The notes under the pieces are model-generated. The model was not told the origin of the DNA, searched no databases, and worked only from the letters and a program-made list of their open reading frames with translations. Both the position numbers and the translations under genes were made by a program. From Zygnema circumcarinatum SAG 698-1b (Eukaryota > Plantae > Zygnematophyceae), in the NCBI GenBank assembly GCA_037447605.1, contig CM074809.1, positions 3,028,689 to 3,092,688 of the forward strand: a DNA stretch of 64,000 nt, written 5' to 3'. Shown here piece after piece: positions 58,524 to 64,000 of this stretch. Each line of letters begins with the position of its first letter. Within the stretch, counting starts at the first letter, position 1.

Positions 58524-61500
58524 ATGGCGATTGCAGGAAGTCTAGCGTGGCGACCTGTCCTGTTACTTCTGTTTTCCAGCCTGTTATGCTCTGATATTCT
58601 CTTACCAACTGTCGCTTTCAAGGCGCAAGAATTCAAGAAATGTAGCGATGCACATTTCTGCAAGCGGAACCGAGACCGAAAGCCGGGTGAAAGCTCTTAC
58701 TTTCTGCACAGCGCGACCTTGAGCGAAGGGAGGTTCTTTGCCACCCTTGGGAATGAAGCTGCGCCCAATGCATCTTTTTCGCTCGCCATGACAGCTTATG
58801 CAGGAGGCATTATCCGAGTCAAGATCAATGAAATTAACGGAAACAAACGGTTTGAAGTACCCGATGTGATCGAACCTGACCTTGAGGAAAAGATTGTGCC
58901 ATTCACTAAAAGCAATGTGGGAGAGACTGGTGATCCAACGGACACAGCTTTAGAGGTGGAGAACTACGGAGTGCTGGTTAAGATGAAGCCTTTTTTTCTT
59001 GTAGCATATAGAGATGGCGAGGTTGTAATGTCCCTCAATAGTAAAGGATTATTCAATATTGAACACAGTCGGACAAAGCAGGAAGGAGATGAGGCGGGAT
59101 TGTGGGAGGAAAACTTTCGAAGTCACGCAGACTCGAAGCCGAAGGGGCCACAAGCCATTTCATTTGACCTCACCTTCTTGCAATCAGCTCATGTCTATGG
59201 CATTCCAGAGCGTGCAACCAAGTAAGTGATGACTTGGTTCCTGTGGTGCGAGCCTTTCTCGTGTCACTACTTGATGCGAGCCCTTCTTTCCACGGTCTAT
59301 CTCAGATATCTGGGTTGCATTGAGATCGACTTCCACTCCACTTTTTTGGTGTCCACCCGTTTGGGGGACTAGGGGATTGTCATCATTTTTATAATGGTTT
59401 AAAACCCAAAGGCCAAACATGATCCTTCCTAAGTCGGACTGGATTGGTTTGCATGCTCAAAGAATTTCTTTTTTTGCTTAGTTGACGAATTGCCCTTTTT
59501 GTACCGGAATTGTTTTCGCAGCCTTGCCCTTCAGCCCACCTTTGGACCTTCAGTGTCCTCAGAGCCTTATCGGCTTTATAATTTGGACGTGTTTGAGTAT
59601 GACCACCACTCACCTTTTGGTCTCTACGGCGCTATTCCATTCATGATGACGCACAATGAACGATTTTCAGTGGGGTTTTTTTGGCTGAATGCGGCCGAGA
59701 TGTGGGTGGATGTGCTTGAATCAAGCTGGGATCCAAATCCGCCCGCTTTCCCAAGTGTGAGTTGGGCTTCATTACCAAAAGCCTGTTTTACTCAATGGGG
59801 AGGATTGATTCCTTCGTTTATCTTAAATTCGTGACATCAGAATGTTATGAGAATACGCACCATTAATAAAATCACAATCGGAGTAAGCACCACCATATGT
59901 TGTTGGACTTGTGCTCCTTGTACATTTACAGTTATGAACTTCCTCTTTTGATACAGGTTAACACACATTGGATTGCGGAATCAGGAATCTTCGATGGGTT
60001 TTTCTTTTTCGGAGGAGGTCCGAAGGATGTTGTTCGACAGTACACGACAGTAACAGGGACGACAAGAATGCCACAGCTTTTCGCTATCGCCTTCCATCAG
60101 TGTCGTTGGAACTACAAGGATGAAAATGATGTAGCGCAGGTAGATGCCAACTTTGACATTCACGACATCCCCTATGATGTGCTTTGGCTCGACATTGAGC
60201 ACACCGATGGCAAAAAGTACATGACCTGGGACAGTGTTCATTTCCCAACTCCTGAAAGGATGCAGAAGGAAATTGCAGCTAAAGGCCGGCATATGGTCAC
60301 TATTATTGATCCTCATATGAAGCGCGATTCTGGCTATGCACTACACACAGAGAGCACGCAGAAGGGATATTATGTGAAGGACAAGAATGGGAACGACTTC
60401 GACGGGTGGTGTTGGCCCGGATCCTCGTCCTACTTGGACATGCTTAGCCCTGAAATTCGCAAATGGTGGGCAGGAAAGTTCACTTATGCAAATTACAAAG
60501 GGTCTACTCCCATCTTGTACATATGGAATGATATGAATGAGCCCTCGGTGTTCAACGGGCCAGAGGTGAGTCAATGGTGCTCGACGACTGGTCGAATGTC
60601 ATAGGATCCTGGGATTGCACTGATTATGCTTCTGTCAATGTTACTGAACTAACAGTGAACGCGATTCTCAAATGAAATTGGAAATTTGGCATAGTTGTTG
60701 ATGTTTATTTTAGTTCCAGCCTTCGTTTGAGCTCCTCTATCCTATCGCCACTGAGCTGGATTTCTGCACTCATACTTTTTTCCTTATTTCCTTGTCCTTG
60801 TTTCCTCCACTTCAGGTGACGATGCCGAAGGACAACTTGCATCATGGGAGTGTGGAACATCGCGATGTGCACAACGTGTACGGATACTATTATCACATGG
60901 CAACTGCGGAAGGCCTGCTCCTTCGCAGCAACTACAAGGACCGCCCTTTTGTCCTATCTCGGGCTGTCTATGCCGGGACTCAGAAAGTTGGCCCCATCTG
61001 GACAGGCGACAACACTGCCAACTGGGACCATCTCCGTGTCTCAGTTCCCATGTTGCTCGCCCTCGGGCTGAGTGGGGTCGCATTCTCAGGTGACTAGGCA
61101 AGCTCTGTGCTACTGTAAGAGCATGGGGGAACTGAATGCATGTAGACACTTTGTTGTGCATGTAGTCATTTGTTGTTTCGGGGGCTTACACGAGCAAGAC
61201 TGCAGGCCAATGTACATGAAGGGTTGAACTTCTCGAAAGCTAGAGAGAATGGCATACTGCTACAATTACGAAATCGTAGCAGTCCCCATATGAAGGGAAT
61301 GGATGGTTAATGGGGAATGTAATATGCAGCAAACTAGACTAAGGAAAGTGAAACAATGGGAGAATGCTTAACATAATTACATTTGATGTCGCTATCGACT
61401 GCAAGTCGCACTAAATACCGTCTCCTACTAATTAGTTATTTAAAGTGCTTTGATATTGTAGAACTGAGAGGATGCACTTGAAGGAAGTTAAAAGCATTTG

Positions 61501-63392
61501 AACCATTTAGCCGGTTCATATGCACAGATCTAGAGAAAGATGACATATCAGACCTCAACTTTTGAAACGAATGTCAGTTTTGGAATACCACACGCTCTCC
61601 TAACAGGACCTTGGCTAGGAGACGGCATTTGCAGGAGCTGATGTAGGAGGGTTCTTCCAAGACCCCAACGGCGAGCTCATGACAAGATGGTTCCAATTGG
61701 GCGCCTTCTATCCCTTCTTCCGCGCCCACGCCCACCTCGACACGAAGCGGCGAGAGCCGTGGATCTTTGGGTGCGTCGCTGCCTCCCTGCCGTCGATGCG
61801 TTCCCTTTGGCAACTCCACCTTTTCTAAGCCCTGATTGGTATTGTAAGCCGGTTTGGCTTTCCATGTTTACGACTGTTTGCTTTACACCTGCATGATGAT
61901 GGGTTATGATTAGATTATTTAGCAAGATGTGGGAGGAATGATGCAGAGAGCCCTATACATCGCACATCCGTGAGGCCGTTCGCATGCGATATGCCCTGCT
62001 GCCGTATATGTACACCCTCTTCCGGGAAGCCGCAACTGAGGGAACACCATTAATGCGCCCTCTGTGGATGGAATTCCCAGCGGAAAATACCACCTTTGCT
62101 AGAGAATACTGTTTCTTGCTTGGGCCTGCACTTCTCGTTCGCCCAATAACAGAACCTGTGAGTCCTTATCCTAAAGCAAGCCCCACAACGGGGGCACGGT
62201 CGATCATTGTTTTTACTGTTTCACTGTCTGGTTGGCCAGTTTGGGAAACGTCAGGCATGTTCATATTGGGATGGGATTCGTTATGAAGGGCCATAATTGC
62301 ATTGTTCTGGCCTCGTCTATTGACTCCAGTGAGTGAATCTCACATCTGGAGAGTTCTGTTTGTATGGGGTGGGGTACGAATTGAACTCAGGATGCAAAAT
62401 CAGCAGAGGTTTACTTTCCTGGCGGTGAGCCATGGTATCACTTCAAATCAGGAGAGCAGTATGCCGGTGGCTCTGATCACACTCTTCAGATTCCAGTGAA
62501 TGGGCTGGAGACAGTCCTTGCATTTCAGAGGGCAGGGACGATCATCTCTCGAAAGGATCGGACACGAAGAAGCTCAACGCAGATGGAATTAGATCCGTAC
62601 ACTCTGGTGAGGGGGCTCATGGGATCATTAATATTCGATCAAAAAACTTCATCCATAATGTCAAGGGTGGAGAAGAGCAGTGATGAATGAAGGGGTAATG
62701 TTGTTGTTAAAGCGGAGATCTTACGACCATTCATTCATCTTAGTGCGATGTGGTTTGGAAGCATTTTTTTTGGTTGGAGTCCCTGGTTTGATGTTTGGAG
62801 AGTGGATGCAGGTGGTGGCACTCGACAGTCAATACCGGGCCGAAGGCGAGCTCTACATTGATGATGGAAAAAGCTATGAGTTTGAGAAGGGAGCATACAT
62901 TCACAGGCATTTCACATTTGCTGGTGGGAAATTGGAATCCAAAGCTGTTCCCAAACCACACACGGCAACCAGTAGCTTCAAGAGCTCCTGCAAGGTGGAG
63001 CGCATTATTGTACTTGGGCTTCCTCAAGATATCCTGCAGCAGGAGAGGCGTGCTCTGGTAGAGAGCAGGGAGATTGAGGTACGTATCACTTTGACTCTGC
63101 ACAGTTCTTGAAGTTTGGCATGTCAGTTCAACTGCTTCCAATAAAGCAGGCAGACCCAAAAGGAACTAGTCTTCTCTGAGTGAATGACTTGATTGTACTG
63201 CTCTGAAAGTAGGCAGACGCACTATACATATCTCTACATGGATGTTCCCCACTCACGTCATATGTGGCTATCTGACAGGAGGAGCCGGGGCCCGCCTTCC
63301 TGCGGCAAGACGTGCCAATGGCAGCCCTCGTGGTCCGCTTACCCAATGTTCGCATCGATGAAGATTGGAGCATCACAATTTTTGACGTCTGA
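58524..63392 (+). CDS. GANAB: ER glucosidase II alpha subunit (GH31), 9 exons
   Basis: Signal peptide, then FKKC; [13 protein letters not shown]; HQCRWNY; [15 protein letters not shown]; [15 protein letters not shown] (nucleophile); WTGDN (acid/base); GADVGGF; [16 protein letters not shown]. Exons 58524-59221, 59522-59756, 59957-60565, 60816-61089, 61635-61770, 61947-62157, 62391-62606, 62812-63078 and 63279-63392. The plant orthologue is RSW3/PSL5. Confidence 0.95.
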
Positions 63393-64000
63393 CAACAGTC
63401 AGGGTAGACCCAATTGTACATCCGCGGAGTCATCTTTAAGCCGAAAGCAGCCGATCAGATGAACCGGTGTTCCTTTCTCTTGATCCCATTTGTGGCCCTG
63501 GACATGTGGTCGCCGCTTATAAATGAATGAATTATTATGTGCAGTCATTCCTTTTGTTTGCGTTTGGCTGCTTAGCAGAAATTCCTTGGATCCCGTGTTC
63601 AATGAAATTAAACATTCAGTAACATTTTGCCAACATTAGTATGCTGACATGCGACATGCTACATTCCGCAAACAGCCTAGTGGCAGAGGAGAGGCGCATA
63701 GCTCTCGGGCCCACCCAAAGCATGCTCTCGCCATCTATCGTGCCCACTAGCCAACAACCATGTGCCCATTGGCCCCAACTTTTTCCCAGTGCCCATCTTT
63801 TGGTGGCAAATTCTCAACTCAGCCATTACGATGAGTGCAGAGGAGAGAATTTAATCTCCATAGAAACTAATGTCTTAAGTAAAAATCTGGCATTGGTTTC
63901 ACGTTGGGGAGACCATTAAAAAGGGCCATCCAAGGGCCATGTAAGGGTAAGTCGTTACCACTCGAGCGCAGCGCCGCGGATTGGCCGCGGAGGGTCTGGA

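Noticed and set aside
63641-63919. Alternative last exon of glucosidase II
   Set aside because: The 63279-63392 exon already supplies the conserved C-terminus and stop; the resemblance here is superficial.
1-64000. tRNA (including tRNA-Sec) or rRNA genes
   Set aside because: No cloverleaf or T-loop signature or rRNA-like sequence was recognised by eye. A tRNAscan-SE/Infernal run would be needed to exclude them.

Overview
Eukaryotic, intron-rich nuclear DNA with GT-AG introns and three N-gaps. The gene set points to a streptophyte green alga rather than a land plant (inference). Plastid NdhM, an SDG41-like SET protein, an R2R3-MYB, a PDR-type ABCG and a DHAR are plant-lineage genes, while a clear SECIS-binding protein 2 (SBP2) belongs to the selenocysteine machinery that land plants lack. 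The two flanks are gene-dense. Left: SBP2, DHAR, LYRM9, NdhM, SDG41-like, MYB. Right: intronless F-box/RCC1, EIF1AD, a small coiled-coil ORF, glucosidase II alpha. The centre (about 24.5-49.2 kb) is a rearranged, transposon-rich block. It holds orphan gene fragments (PAF-acetylhydrolase, a Derlin-2 with stop codons, a probable RNFT 5' piece), hAT elements with Ac/Ds-like TAGGGATGG ends, a long-TIR MITE with an 8-bp TSD, and arrays of CCANTGG-type short palindromes. It also holds two 5'-truncated insertions of one LINE-like element inside a single hAT MITE, and a tail-to-tail pair of ABCG genes whose second copy is mostly hidden in a gap. The strongest signals are the SBP2 gene with an extra C2H2 finger, an 8-bp hAT target duplication split across 14.8 kb that suggests an inversion of the ABCG copy-1 block, and two oppositely oriented telomere-type tracts enclosing a 90-nt AG/GT-bounded segment. 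All product calls come from my recognition of motifs; no database search was run.
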